From Okamejei kenojei (Eukaryota), in assembly GCA_035221665.1 (NCBI GenBank), contig CM069140.1, positions 16,182,001 through 16,246,000 of the forward strand: a DNA stretch of 64,000 bases, given 5' to 3'. How positions within the stretch are numbered: the first letter of the stretch is position 1; every line of letters starts with the position of its first letter. Positions 1 to 13,995 of the stretch are shown here, one piece after another. The position numbers were made by a program, and so were the translations under genes. Under the pieces are notes generated by a model. It was not told where the DNA came from. It saw nothing but the letters and a program-made list of their open reading frames with translations, and ran no database searches.

Positions 1-356
1 TAGTTACATAATATGGTATCTAAATTCTGAAGGCCAATTGTAAAAACTGATTTATTTTTTTTAATGTGCACATGGATATAGAAGGATATGGATCACATAT
101 GAGCTGTTAAGGTTAATTTAATTTGACATGCTGTTCCTCAGCTGTACTGTTCTATATTCTATATTAAAAGTAATTATAAGCTTTGTACTGTAGGCATAGA
201 TGCTCGTCTGGCCAAACCTAACACATAACAATTAAGCCTAGAGAATTAATTTTTGGACAGAACTCATGATGTTCATACAAAGGACGATGGGAAAAGGTTA
301 CATTCTTCCTCGAAAAGATTGTGATGACGAGTAATTTTCCAGACTGATATGGATGG

Positions 357-602
357 ACTTTGGACCGAGTCTGCACCTTACATTACATTATCCTACACTC
401 ACTTGGAACGATTTTATAACTTACCGAAACCACATAATGTACAAACCTGTACTCCTTTCAAATGAGAGGAAACCGGAGCACCCGGAGAAAGCCCACGCAG
501 TCACAAAGAGCACCAGCTCCATACTGACAATTCTCGTAGTCAGGATGGAACCCGGGTCTCTGGCACTGTAAGGTAGCAACTCTACCATTGTGTCACTGTG
601 CC
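357..602 (-). mobile_element. tRNA-derived SINE (HE1/V-SINE-like)
   Basis: Reverse complement has a tRNA-like head with B-box-like GGGTTCCATCC and the V-core-like GGCTTTCTCCGGGTGCTCCGGTTTCCTC; same family as 14509, 35520, 37100 and 39612. Confidence 0.75.
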
Positions 603-1035
603 TCTTTTCTCAGATAATTACATCAATAGATCTGAAGGAAATCTGGGTAAATGAAACATTTGATACAAAAAACTCATCAAAGTTAGATGATTGCTACTTC
701 ATCTAACTGACAAAAGAGGCTCTGAATGGGATATCAGTCTCCTGCCATCTAACTATTCTTTGTACTCCACAGTTCATCCTTTGTATAACTGAAGCAAAAC
801 CTCATCCCTGAATCCTGACTATTTCAGGGCAATATTGCAAGGGATCTGCAATTGTTATTTAAAAAAAAAACAATGACATAGCACTGTTGAAAGAGTTGGT
901 CCAGTGTACATTTTACTCCCCCTCCTGACCATCATTATTACCAAAGTCTCAAAAACACAGCTGCAGTTGAAAAGTTTGTTTTTAAATTTGCTCATACGAA
1001 CTTAAAGCAACATCTAATTCTATTTTTTTTTAAAG

Positions 1036-1151
1036 AACAATTATGCTGAAAATGGAAGCTCACCAACAGCAAATTATATGACTCAGGGAGATAAACTTCG
1101 TGCCTTAAAAAGTAGGAGACAACCACGATCAGCAACAACTGGAACATTAAG
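1036..1151 (+). CDS. CDC14A: CDC14A coding exon (NNYAENG...MTQGDKLRALKSRRQPRSATTGTLR)
   Basis: Polypyrimidine+AG before 1036, GT after 1151; TQGDKLRALKS is the conserved vertebrate CDC14A C-terminal motif; ends in phase 2. Confidence 0.93.
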
Positions 1152-1594
1152 GTAAATGCAATGTGGGTGATGCAGCAAGAGCCAATAAAATTCTTAACTG
1201 GAAGTAAATGTTATGGAAATTTTAGATGAGTTTGAATTGATTTAATCCATATCTCGTGTTGACAGTTGAAATTGCTACTTCATCTACATCTTCATGCTTG
1301 TGAAAGTTTTTCCAGAGTTATCAAAACAGTATGTTTTGGTGCTTAAATTTAAAGTGGTCTTTTTTTTTTCCATACAAAATACGTTAATAAAATATAGAGC
1401 AGTTTCTCTAATACAGTCAATATGATATACCAGTTCAAATAGCTGAATTTATCTGACAATTTCAATATTGCATTTAGTGTACTGCACCAAAACAGGCCAT
1501 TAGCCAGACTAGTCTAGCTAATATAACCATATAGTATTTGACTTATTTAATTTTATCAGCTTATCCTTCTGTTCCTTTGTTCCTCCTTCTCGTA

Positions 1595-2735
1595 TAGAAC
1601 ATAGAACAGTGCAGCAAAGAGCAGGCCCCTTGGCCCACGATGTCTGTGCTGAAGATGATGCTAAGGCTATCACATCAACTTGCACATAACCCATTTTGTT
1701 CCATTCCCTGCATATCCATATGCCTGTCGAAAAGTCTCTTAAATGCCACTAACGTATCTACTTCAAACACCTACCCTGGCAGTGTATACCTGGCACTCAC
1801 CACCCACAGTGTGGTTATTTTTTAAAAAAAAAGCCTGCCTTGTACATCTCCTTTAAACTTTGCCCCTCGCAACATAAAGCTATGCCCTCTAGTATATGAT
1901 TTTTTTCCATCCTGGGAAAACTGTTCTGACTATCTAAATACTGCTATCAGGATTTCTGCAATCTCCGATAGTCCAGTAAAAGCAATCCAAGTCTGTCCAA
2001 CCTCGCACCGTGGATAATACCACCAATCTAGGCAAATTTCTGATAAACCCCCTCTGCACATTTTCCAAAGGCCCCACATACTACTTGTAAACTGTTGACC
2101 AGACTGCACACAAATGCAGTCTAACCAAAGTCCTATAAAGCTGTATCATGACTATCTGGCTCTTATTCTCAATGCCCCGACCTATGAAGGCAAGTATGTC
2201 ATATGAAGAAGGGTCTCGACCCGAAAAGTCGCTCATTCCTTCTCTCTAGAGATGCTGCCTGTCCCGCTGAGATGCTCCAGCTTTTTGTGTCTATCTTCGG
2301 TTTAAACCAGCATCTGCAGTGCCTTCTTACACAAGTATACTATATACTTTCTTTATCACTCTATCTATTTGCAATGTTATTTTCAGGGTGTTTTGGACAT
2401 GAATCCCAAGATTTATCTGTACATCAATGCTGTTAAGGGTCATGCCATTAATAGTATATTTTGCCCTTACATTTCACATTCCAAAGTGTAACACCTCATA
2501 CTTGCTTGGATTAAACTCCATCTGCCATTTCTTTGCCCATTTCTGTAGCTGATGAATATCCTGTTGAAAACTTTGACAACATTTCTCACAGTCCGCGACC
2601 CCAGCAATCTAGGTGTTATCTGCAAACTTATTAAACAACCAGTTCTGAATACATACGACCAAGTCACTGCTTATCACGTGCATCTTAATTTTCTGTATCA
2701 GCCTACCATGAGGGACTATCAAATGTCTTACTAAT
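1595..2735 (-). mobile_element. CR1-type LINE 3' fragment (degenerate), interrupted by a Penelope-terminus insert at ~2200-2332
   Basis: TAGAACATAGAACAG tail and degenerate RT-like sequence on the minus strand; boundaries approximate. Confidence 0.6.
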
Positions 2736-2740
2736 TCAAT

Positions 2741-3697
2741 CCCCTGCTCAGCCCCCTGCTGTACTCACTCAATACTCATGGCTGCGTAGCCTGTCATAGT
2801 GCGAACTCCATCATCAAGTTCGCTGACGACACCGCTGTTGTGGGACATATCACTGATGGGGACGAGTCAGAGTATAGAAGTGAGATCGGCCGACTGACCA
2901 AATGGTGCCAGCACAATAACCTGGCCCTCAACACCAGCAATACCAAGGAACTGATTGTGGACGTTGGAAGGGGTAGGATGGGGACCCACAGTCTCGTTTA
3001 TATCAACGGGTCGATGGTGGAAAGGGTCAAGAGCTTCAAATTCCTGGGAGTGTACATCTCTGAAAATCTCTCCTGGTCCGAGAACACTGATGCTATTATA
3101 AAGAAAGCACATCAGCGCCTCTACTTCCTGAGAAGATTACGGAGAGTCGGTATGTCAAGGAGGACTCTCTCTAACTTCTACAGGTGCACAGTAGAGAGCA
3201 TTCTGACCGGTTGCATCGTGGCTTGATTCGGCAACTTGAGTGCCCAGGAGCGAGAAAGACTACAAAAAGTAGTAAACACTGCCCAGTCCATCATCGGCTC
3301 TGACCTCCCTACCATCGAGGGGATCTATCGCAGTCGCTGCCTCAAAAAGGCTGGCAGCATCATCAAGGACCCACATCATCCTGGCCACACACTCATCTCC
3401 CCGCTACCTTCAGGTAGAAGGTAGACTGAAGACTGCAATGTCCAGGTTCAGAAACGGCTTCCTCTCCACAGTCATCAGGCTATTGAACTCAACTCAAACA
3501 AAACTCTGAACATTAATAGCCCATTATCTGTTTATTTGTACTTTGTCTGTTTTATTTATTCATGTGTGTATATATTAATACAATGGTATATTGACGCACT
3601 GATCTGTTCTGTATTCATGCCTTCTATATTCTGTTGTGCTGAAGCAAAGCAATAATTTCATTGTCCTATCGGGACACATGACAATAAACTCCTGAAT
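2741..3697 (+). mobile_element. Rex1/Babar-type LINE, 5'-truncated RT C-terminal part plus 3' UTR
   Basis: [46 protein letters not shown]; in-frame stop; AATAAA near 3682; highly similar to 32640-33600. Confidence 0.9.
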
Positions 3698-4023
3698 TTA
3701 ATTTGTTCTAATAATGTATAGACCTCAGTATATCTGCTGTTTGTAATTTTCTATCTTTCCCAATAGCTTAATTTTAACAATAAACCCTAGCATTTTTTTC
3801 AAGGTAAATAGACCCAGGCCGATTTAAAATGTTACAGTTCTGCTATCAACTAGTATTATTTTGAACTTTCAATTTCTCTATCATTTTGATGTTATGTTGA
3901 TTGGAATGTGGAGCTGAGATTATAATCCTATCAGTCGTGCTTATTAAATGGCAGAGGAGCTGTAGTACTAATTGATATGCTAATATTAGTTTTATATCTG
4001 CAGTATACAAATACACAGAAATA

Positions 4024-5612
4024 CAGTGCCCTCCATAATGTTTGGGACAAAGACCCATCATTTATTTGTTTGCCTCTGTACTTTACAATTTGAGATTTGT
4101 AATAGAAAAAAAAATCACATGTGGTTAAAGTGTACATTTAAAAAAATTAAAAAAAGAAGCCATTTTTATACATTTTGATTTCACCATGTAGATATTACAG
4201 CAGTGTTTATACATAGTGCCCACCCCCCCTCCCATTTCTGGGCACCATAATGTTTGGGATGCAGAAATGTCATGTAAATGAAAGTAGTCATGTTTAGTAT
4301 TTTGTTGCATACCCTTTGCAGGCAATGACATCTTGAATCTGTGATTCATGAACATCACCAGTTGCTGGGTGTCCTCTATGGTGATGCTCTGTCAGGCCAT
4401 CTTTAGCTTATGCTTGTTTTGGGGGCTAGTACCCTTCAGTTTTCACTTCAGCATATAAAAGGTATGCTCAATTGGGTTCAGATCGGGTGATTGACTTGGC
4501 CATTCAAGAACTGACCATTTTTTAACTTTGAAAAACTCCTTCGTTGCTTTAGCAGTATGTTTGGGATCATTGTCTAGCTGTAGAATGAACTGACGGCCAA
4601 AGAGTTTTGAGGCATTTGTTTGAACTTGAGCAGATAGGATGTGTCTATACACTTCAGAATTCCTTATGCTGCTCAATGAAGATAAGTGAGCCAGTACCTT
4701 CAGCAGCCATACATGCCCAGGCCACAACACCCCCACCACCGTGTTTCACAGATGAGGTGGTATGCTTTGGATCTTGGGCAGTTCCTTCAATCCTCCATAC
4801 TTTGCTCTTGCCATCCACAAGACCTTTTTCCAAAACTGTGGTTGCTCTTTTAAGTACTTCTTGGCAAACTGTAACCTCGCCATCCTTATTTTTGCAGCTA
4901 ACTTATGGTTTGCATCTTGCAGTGTAGCCTCTGTTTCTCGTCATCTGCGGATAGTGGTCATTAACAAATCCACCTAGCTGCTGAAGAGTGTTTCTGATCT
5001 GTGGGACAGGTGTTTGGGGATTTTTCTTTATTATAGAGCAAATTCTTCTGTCATCAGCTGTGGAGGTCTTCCTTGGCCTGTCAGTCCCTTTGCGGTTAGT
5101 AAGCTCACGAGTGCTCTCTTTCTTCTTCATAATGTTCCAAACGGTTGATTTTGGTTAGCCTAAGGTTTGGCTGATGTCTCTAACAATTGTAATCTTGTTT
5201 CTCAGTCTCATAATGGCTTCTTTGACTTTCATTGGCACAACTTTGGTCTTCATGTTGATAAACAGCAATAAAAGTTTCCAAAGGTGATGGAAAGACTGGA
5301 GGAGAGACTAGATGCTGAGAGTTCTCTTATACCTGCATTAAGGAGGCAATTAAACACACCAGAGCAATTACAAACACCCGTGAAGCCATGTGACCCAAAC
5401 ATTATGGTACCCTGAAATGGGGGGACTATGTATAAACACAGCTGTAATTTCTACATGGTGAAACCAAAATGTATAAAAATGGCCTTTATTAAAATCTGAC
5501 AATGTACACATTAACCGCAACAATTTTTTTCTATTATAAATCTCAAATTGTGGAGTGCAGAGGCAAATAAATAAATGATGGCTCTTTGTCCCAAGCATTA
5601 TGGAGGGCACTG
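4024..5612 (-). mobile_element. Tc1/mariner DNA transposon with long IR/DR-type terminal inverted repeats
   Basis: TA-CAGTGCCCTCCATAATGTTTGGGACAAAG ... CTTTGTCCCAAGCATTATGGAGGGCACTG-TA; ~220-235 bp TIRs with an inner repeat of the terminal motif (CCATAATGTTTGGGA ~4245). Confidence 0.95.
4294..5253 (-). pseudogene. Tc1 transposase pseudogene
   Basis: MKTK... HTH region, LDNDPKHT, WPSQSPDLNPIEH, ends ATKY*; stops and frameshifts present. Confidence 0.9.
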
Positions 5613-5894
5613 TATATATTTTGTCCCATTCCAATTATAATGGTGCTGTTGTAGTCCTCTCCTCAAATTTGTACATTAGGTTTGAGCACTTTTTGAACAA
5701 CCTGCATTGTTCCACTCTTCATGCCTCTAATTAAGATACTGGTTCTTTTACTATCCATCTAAGTATCTCGCCAAATTTCTGAGCAATTTTCCCGCAGCAT
5801 TTGATATTGTTCCCTACCTTTTTTTTAACTGAGCCTCTGTGCTGAGCAACTTATCTTTAGTCATTCATTTTTTTAAACTACCTCCTTCCTATTG

Positions 5895-6360
5895 TCTTCA
5901 TCTTCTCTACATCGGTGAGACCAAGCAGACGCTTGGCGATCGCTTCGCCCAATACCTCCGCTCACTTCGCAATAACCAACCTGATCTCCCAGTGGCTCAG
6001 CACTGCAACTCCTCCTCCCATTCCGAATCTGAACTTTCTGTCCTGGGCCTCCTCCATGCCCAGAGTGAGGCCCAGCGCTAATTGGAGGAACAGCACCTCA
6101 TATTTCGCTTGGGTAGTTTACATCGCAACGGTTTGAACATCGACTTCGCTAATTTCAGGTAGTCCTTGCTTTCTCCCTCCTTCCCCTCCCCTTCCCAGCT
6201 CTTCCACAAGCCTACATCTCCGCCTCTTCCTTTCTTTTTCCCAGCCCCCTCCCCCCACCCGACATCAGTCTGAATAAGGGTCTCTACCCGAAACGTCGCC
6301 TATTCCTTCTCTCCATAGATGCTGCCTCACCGCTGAGTTCCTCCAGCATTTTTGTCTACC
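5895..6360 (+). mobile_element. Penelope-like element 3' fragment (GIY-YIG endonuclease plus terminus)
   Basis: LYIGETKQTLGDRFAQYLRSLRNNQPDLPVAQHCN...EQHLIFRLG; terminus with a decayed hammerhead core at 6270-6297. Confidence 0.85.
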
Positions 6361-6667
6361 ATTCTAGTATACGTTCACTGCTTTTCTTTCTGCCAAAATT
6401 CCCAAAATCTGACAGCTCATTTCTCCTCCAATGTTGTGGGAACTAGGTGGAACTGTTCTTGCTTACTTCCATGGTTTCATTATTAAAATGTAACTAGCAA
6501 ATCAGGCTAGCTTATCTTCCCGATTTTCCTTCCTTACCTGCCCTTGCCCTCCTCTGCCTACTCTCCCCCCAAAAATATCTCAGGAAATGGTCTGAAGCTG
6601 AGTAAGATTGTTTTCGTCCTTGGTGATGACATAGCAGAATTTGTGATCATGTGCTTCTTCATGCAGA

Positions 6668-6876
6668 AACAAAGAACTGCAGATGCTGGTTAATACACAA
6701 AAGGGCACAAAGTAGTGGAGTAACTCAGCAGGCCAAGCAGCATCTCTGGAGAAAATGCATCGGTGATGTTTCAGGTCAAGATCCTTCTTCTGACTCTGAT
6801 GCTGCCTGACCTGCTGAGTTACTCCAGCACTTTGTGTCCTTTTTGTATATTAACCAACATCTGCAGTTCTTTGTTT
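6668..6876. mobile_element. Palindromic non-autonomous element made of two inverted Penelope termini
   Basis: AACAAAGAACTGCAGATGCTGG...CCAACATCTGCAGTTCTTTGTT inverted arms; similar units at ~17205-17410, 47244-47462, 55480-55655 and ~57243-57380. Confidence 0.75.
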
Positions 6877-9378
6877 CAATTACTTACAATGAAAGTACGT
6901 ATCGAGTCATAGGAAGGACCGGAAACATCACCTATCCATGTTCTCCAGAAATGCTGCTTGACCTGCTGAGTTACTCCAGCACTTTGTGTCCTCGCGTGTT
7001 TCATCGGTGAGACCAATAACCGATTGGTCCCATACATTTTCAATTCCATAAAATCATCCAGGTTCACCTGTGCTTTGACCTTTAACTTTGCAGTTTGTTC
7101 ACTCGCCCCCTCTATCTTCTAGGTCTGTGCTTCTCCAATTCTGGCTTCAAAATCTCAACTGCAATGTTGCCACTTACCTTCACCCAAAGCTTAAATTCTC
7201 TCCCTAATACTCTCTGCCTTTTTTAAATACTCCTTCAATTTCCAAACCTTTGGTCATTTATTCTTGTCTCTGTATTTTACATAGAAACATAGAAACATAG
7301 AAATTAGGTGCAGGAGTAGGCCATTCAGCCCTTCGAGCCTGCACCGCCATTCAATATGATCATGGCTGATCATCCAACTCAGTATCCCGGTTTGTTGTTG
7401 GTTTTCTCACTACCTCATTTATTAAGTGTCTTGTGTCATTTAATTATATTTAAAGATACCATACAAATGTTGTTATAATAGTAGCAGAGAAGAAATTGTG
7501 CTGTAATGTTGTATCATTTCCACTGGTCTCATGTAGTTCACGGGTCTGATTTGTCTTTGGCTTTATTTTTCTTCACTTTTCATTCCCCCTGATTTGAATT
7601 ACTTGTATAACACTGGCAAATAATTTATGATCAAGGATAAAACACTGCCCATAGAGATTTAATGATTTCCTGGACACACCGACCTGCAATAATGTTTCAA
7701 CTTTGGCAGTTGTCACACTGCAATTTAAGGCAATGCTCAGCATCGAGTATTGTCTACCCCTCTGTTATAGCAGTTAGGGTGACAGAAATTCACCATTATG
7801 GAACTTGCAAATCTCTACCAAACAAATTGAGATGCAAATAAATAAACACCATGTATAAAAACAATTGAGCTAGTTTACCAAACTGACTGAGCAGCCGTAC
7901 ACAATGAAGAATGTTGCTGGAGGGTCCACCAGGAAATAATGACGAAGATTTATCATTCATTACAGAAAAAAAAGATTAACTATTGCAATAGAAATGGAAA
8001 TCAAATGCTTTACATTTTTTAAATAATGTTCAGCACATTATACAAATTTTGAATTGGTATGTCATTGAAATAGTTGTAAAAACTGGCAGTACAGGGTAAA
8101 GGGTATATGTACCAGTAGATTATTATGCTTATTCTATAATCCACGTATTGTACAGGACCTAACTCATATTTCCTTGCCCAAGATTGTTTAGTCTGAGAAT
8201 CAACATATTTGGCTAATTTTAGTGTTTGATGTACACAGTCATAAAAGTGAATAATGCTACATTATCTTGATGTTGTGAATAATGCTACTTGATGTACATA
8301 GTCATACAAGTGAATAATGCTACATTGCTAATTATCCTTTAAAGGAAATGAACTGTCTTCCTTATTTTACTGAAATCATGTCCTCAAATTATTATGGTTT
8401 TGTACGGCTGCAATATGATTTCATGACGTTTGTACTCTGTGCTTAGACTGATGAAGGCAAACCTCCTTTGCACCTTGTGTTGCCACTTTCTATGAGCTAT
8501 TGACTTGCACTACAAGATCCATCTCTACATCAGTGCTCCTGAGGGTCCTGCCATTAATTGTATACTTTCCTCATGTATTTGACCTTCCAAAGTGCTCACA
8601 GTTGACTGGATAAAACTCTATCTGCCATTTCTCTGCCCATGTTTCTCTCTGATCTACATCCTGCTGAATCCTTTGACAGCCTTCCTCACAATCTGCATCT
8701 CTGCCAATGTTTACATCATCTGCAAATCAGCCCACCTATGTTTTCATCCACAAACATGTCAGAGCACTGATCTCTGCGGAACACCATTAGTTACTGACCT
8801 CCAGTCAGAATAACATCTCCCCACTACGACACTCTGTCCGATATGTCCAAGCCTATTTTGAATCCAATCTGCCAAGTCTTTGGTCATTGTTTTTTTTTAA
8901 TAAAAAATGCAGCTACTGCACAAAAATAAACTGCTAGTTTACAAAAAAAGCAAACATTAGTTCACTAATGTCTGGTCTTTCATCTTCCTCATGTAGGGTT
9001 GTACTTCAGTTTTAGAAATAATCAAGTTGCAATTTGCATAATGAAGTACAATTGAAATGGAAAGAATGATGTCATTCTTTATCGTTATCCTATTTGTTAA
9101 TGTTTCTTCAAAGGTGAATGCAGTACGAATTGCAGGGATCAAATAATTTTTTTCAGTATATTTTGGAAGATGATTACACTAATGTAGTTAAGGATTTTGA
9201 AGCGACTAATGATCTGCTGTTTTCATTACCTGTCTGTAAAAAATAAAAGTGGAACAAAGCAATGTCATCTTTACATGGATGAGCCTTTATGCATGTTCAG
9301 TATTCCAAACATGGATTAAAATATAAATGAACGATTGCTATTTATAAGTTAATTATAGTATGGCTTGTTATTTTAAAG

Positions 9379-9426
9379 GTTAGAAGACATGAAAATTCAT
9401 TCAAGATCGCCATCGCAACCCTTCAG
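9379..9426 (+). CDS. CDC14A: CDC14A coding exon (LEDMKIHSRSPSQPFR)
   Basis: AG/GT flanks, 48 bp, phase 2-2; SQPFR matches vertebrate CDC14A. Confidence 0.9.
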
Positions 9427-11639
9427 GTAACTGTATTTATAGTCTTTCAGGCTTAAGTACATTATTAAATAATTACTGAACAGATGAAGATGAAACTGAG
9501 CTCGTTTTGAACAAAACTGCACATTTTATATCCCCTTAAAATGGATTCATTGGGCACCTATGGTAGTTGAGTTCTAGTGATTATACTATTTATAGAAGTA
9601 TACCGTTTTTACATTTTTGCAATATTTGCAAGTTACATTTTAGGAAAAGTGAACACCCGTTTCAAGTCTGCCAGCCAAAGCTTGATGCCGTTTCCATATG
9701 GTATGGTATCAGATCTTAATTTAGAGGTAATTTCAATCCTTTCTGCTGTAAATGACACAAGGATGAAAATTCAATCCTGACTGAGTCACTGCATGTTTTT
9801 TTTTTAAAGGGGTTACAAGAATATTGAGTTAAAGGAATGATGCTTGGTTGAAGATACAGCTTTTAGTAGAAGGGCCTTCAGTCATTCAAGGCCTATGCAC
9901 TGCAATTTCCAGCCTAAATATCTCAAATAGGCACAACATACTGGAGTAGCTCTGCTTTTTGAGAAACAGTGTATCTCAGTTTTTCTTTATGGAGGTATAA
10001 TGCTTGACTTAGAATTTATTTCAAAGAAAGTTAGAGAAAGGTTAAAACATAATGGGATCAAGATGTTGATGAGCTGGGAGCCACTATAGATGAAAGTCAA
10101 ATGGAAGTACAAGATTGGGGCATAGATTAGGCTCAGTTATCGAAAGTGTGAGTCGGACCAATGAAGGCTAAGGGGATACCAAAAGAATGGATATGAGCTC
10201 TCATTTTGACAATCACAGCCTCTCTTAACATGTCAAAGAGTCTGGCTAAATTTTTAACGAGTTCACTATGAAAAATGTCGTTTGATTGGAAATTACTACT
10301 TGATTCTGCAGGTTATCAGTTTCTTGATTCTGCAGATTATTATTGTTCACCTATAATTGTCACTATTTGACTTTCTTGCTGGTAATGAAGTATTTGTTAT
10401 GTGGGTCAATCATCCTATGTAGATTTTGATATGATTTATTTAATATAACTTCTACATTTAAAAAAAATATCAAACTATTTTGATTTGTCAAACGCCTTGA
10501 TTTTATATAATTGTACCTAGGTAGTTAGGAAAACCTGCCCACGAAAAGATTCTGTATATGGTGACAACAACTGGTGGCCTTAGAAAACCTGAAATGGTTA
10601 GTTTTCCAAAATAAGTCCACATGTCGCTAGTCTTACTGTAAAAATACTTGATGCTCAGAAACGTGTGTTTCTTTCACCTGTTTGTTGGAATCTGTTATTG
10701 ATTGTACTGCCCTTCATCCTTCTCAGCAGGTTCGTACTGGTTTGATACTATTTTGATCTGGATATCTTCAATAATAACTTCTGTTTCTTGGCCTGACACT
10801 TATGGACTCTCACAGATCTATCCTTCTCTCCATTTCCGGTTGATATTGCCAAGCTAGAGCATACAGATTTGTCACCATCATGCAAAAGAAAGTCTTAGAT
10901 TGCCGTCCAGGGAAATGTTGCAGAGTGGGATATCAACATCAGAATACAAGTTTGGATTTCCTTCTATTGATTTCCCCATGCAGAATCTTCCTCCTTACCA
11001 GTGACTCCATCTTTCTCTGGTCATCGTGGCCCAAACCATGTTGTCTTGATATAATCCTGAACAGAGCCTAGGCATTGTTGATTTTTAGCTCCTTTAAAAC
11101 TGAAATCCTTGTATGTAATCTTTAGACTCAACTATTCTAATAGCTGCCTTGATTTCTACTCAATGCCAATTCTCCCTTTTTATTCTTCAACCAAAAACCA
11201 CAGCCTTTCCTATCCTTCACAGGCTTTCAGTTTCCTGCCATTTTAATTCCACAGTTCTCATTTTAAACGTTAAGCCTTCCTGAGACCCATTCTCACCCTA
11301 GCTGTACTGAACCAAGCCAGCTCAGTAACTGTTTGATTGTGGTTTTCTCATCTTATTTGCCAAATTGGATTATGCCCATCGTTTTTTTGGTTGTGTTATT
11401 GTGAATGTTTTGCTGTATCTCTCGAACGTCTCACCATGTCAAAATCTTATGTGCCAATATCTTGAGCATATTTTCTGAAAATCGGATTATTTTTTTTCCA
11501 TGTCTAGCAGTATCTTTTGATTTTATATGATAATTCAAAACAAAATGTGTCTGCGTATTTTCATTTGTAACAAGACTTGAGTGCTGGAATTTTCAAATTT
11601 GCTTTGCTTTTAACTAGGGACTGTGTAGGTAAATCTCCT

Positions 11640-11995
11640 GGTGGCTCAGCTCAGCTTCAACTCCCCTTCCCATACCGAATCTGACCTTTCTGCCCTGGGC
11701 CTCCTCCATGGCTAGAGTTGGTCCCACGCAAATTGGAGGAGCAGCACCTCATATTTTGCTTGGGTAGTTAACACCCCTGCGGTATGAACATTGACTTCTC
11801 CAATTTCAGGTAGTCCTTGCTTTCTCCCTCTTTTCCCTCCCACAGCCCACTGTCCCCACCTTCCTTACTTCTTCCCGCCCCCACCCACCCCCACATCAGT
11901 CTGAAGAAGGGTCTCGACCCGGAACGTCACCTTTTCCTTCGCTCCATAGATGCTGCCTCACCCGCTGAGTTTCTCCAGCATTTTTTATCTACCTT
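11640..11995 (+). mobile_element. Penelope-like 3' fragment
   Basis: GIY-YIG C-terminal coding remnant (...LEEQHLIFCLG) plus terminus with a hammerhead-like core at 11901-11928 (GGAA in place of GAAA). Confidence 0.8.
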
Positions 11996-12640
11996 CCCTA
12001 CTGTTATCAGACTCTTGAATGGACCTCTCATAAACTAAGAATGCATTTGCAATCTTCCGATGTACCTTGTTGCGGCCCTTGAATTTTTTGTTATTCTGCA
12101 GTTTTTCTGCATCTGTAATACCGTACTGCACTCAGTTTTCTTCCTTATTTTGCACAGCTTGTTACTCTTATGTAGGGTTTTATTGTATAGAATGATTTGC
12201 CTGGACACCACACAAAACAAAGTTTTCACTATATCCTCACGGTACTCATGACAATAGTAAACCAATATCAGATTAAGGTCCACAAGCAACTGTGGGATAA
12301 TTGGTCTGATTATTTAAGTTTATTTCTAAACATGCAAATCATTATGAAAAAGTATTGGTTCACTGTAATCTAAAAATCCTATGGACTCTCAAGGTGAAAT
12401 TAATTTAGAGAATTCTAATTCATTACAATTAATTGATTTTCATGTTGCACATTAATTACCACAACTAATAAAATAACCTCTATTGTGGTTTCTTGTTTGT
12501 GGCTCCTTGATGTGGCTCCTAATTGTGAAACGGAGGTCAGATTTAGAAAACAAATGCAATGATTCACATGGAAAATATTTTTGTTTATGATCTGCTATTG
12601 TAATTTAAGCAAATTTAATTGTGCGGCAATATTTTAACAG

Positions 12641-12766
12641 GATCAATTATTCAAGTACTGGGCAAGGATCAATGTCGCCTCTGAAATCATCAAAGATCTC
12701 AATTGCTTCTGCAAGTCCGAGGAGAATTAACAGAAGCCCCTCGCCCTTAAACAGTAATAACAAAAG
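12641..12766 (+). CDS. CDC14A: CDC14A coding exon (INYSSTGQGSMSPLKSSKISIASASPRRINRSPSPLNSNNK)
   Basis: TTTTAACAG acceptor, GT donor, 126 bp, phase 2-2; aligns by eye to CDC14A LKTSK...KRINR. Confidence 0.9.
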
Positions 12767-13371
12767 GTGAAACGCTTTTATTTTTAATAAGATAATGTCT
12801 GAAAAACCTTAATTTAATTACATAAGCACACAAGCTAAAGACATTATTGTTGTTCCCTCATCAAAACATGGGTAAATTTACTTGGCATGTAAGTTGACTT
12901 TTAAAAAATTTACCTGCTTTTTATTAACATGGTATACAGTATACCATTGAATTATTCAAACGACAAAGAGTAGACTAAATTGGAGAAAAAGTTCATATTT
13001 AATTGCTGTTTTATTTTATATAATTGACTCAGTTGTTATAATGATGGATGCTGTTTATTGCCCGAGTTTCTCAGACCTGGAAGGGTAGTGAAGTAAAGAT
13101 TTGGGAAGTCAGAAAATCTTGCTTTGTTTCTATCATATGTCTCAAATTATACCGGATCAGTTGCGCTACAAGGGACCAAATGGCATATTGATGACCCTTA
13201 TCGATGCTCACATTGAGTTTGGCTACATTGGCTGAACTAGGTGGATTTGTTTTTAAGTAAGTGAAGTATGATGCATGTATTTGTAGTTAAGAATTATTAG
13301 AGGGTATTGTGGCAAATTTACGCATTCAAAAGAACATAGCGGCTTTTTCTAGTGGCTGAAACCCTGTTTTC

Positions 13372-13995
13372 GCAAGGTCAGTTTATTGTCACACGTACCA
13401 ATTAAGGTACAGTGAAATTCAAATTACCATACAGCCAAACTTAAAAAAGCAACCAGACACACAACTACATCAAAGTTGACATAAACATCCATCACAGCGG
13501 ATTCCCCACGTTCCTCACTGTGATGGGAGGCAATAAAGTCCAATCTTTTTCCTCTTATATTCTCCCGCGGTCGGGGCAGTCGAACCATGCACAGTCTCGG
13601 CGATCGATGCTCCCGCAGCCGGAGGTCGAAGCCTCCGTGTCGGGGCGATCGAAATTCCTGCAGCTTGGAGTTCCCGAAGTCGGTCTCTGACCAGAGACTG
13701 CGAGCTCCATGATGTCCCCCAGACTCCCATGGTGGAGCTCAGAGGTCGATCCTTAGCAAACGGATTGCGGGCTCCGTGATGTAAAAGTCCACAGGCACCC
13801 GCGGTAGAGCTCTCAAAATCCGTCCCCAGCAAAGGCAGTCAATTCCTCGATGTTAGGCGGCAGTGCGGACGGAGATACGATACGGAACAAAATTGCATCT
13901 CTGTTGAGGTAAGAGATTAGAAAGTTTCCCCCAACTCTCGCCCTTCCCCCCCCACACCCCCCCACCCTTCCACATAAAACAAGCGCCACCCGGTG
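13372..13995 (-). mobile_element. Unclassified GC-rich non-autonomous repeat with a Rex1-like 3' tail
   Basis: TTTATTGTCACACGTACC...ACAGTGAAA tail shared with Rex1-type ends; abrupt GC/CpG rise in an AT-rich intron. Confidence 0.45.

Noticed and set aside
10521-10596. Possible extra CDC14A exon (AG...ATG|GTTAGT)
   Set aside because: Every phase-compatible reading hits a stop and there is no similarity to CDC14A
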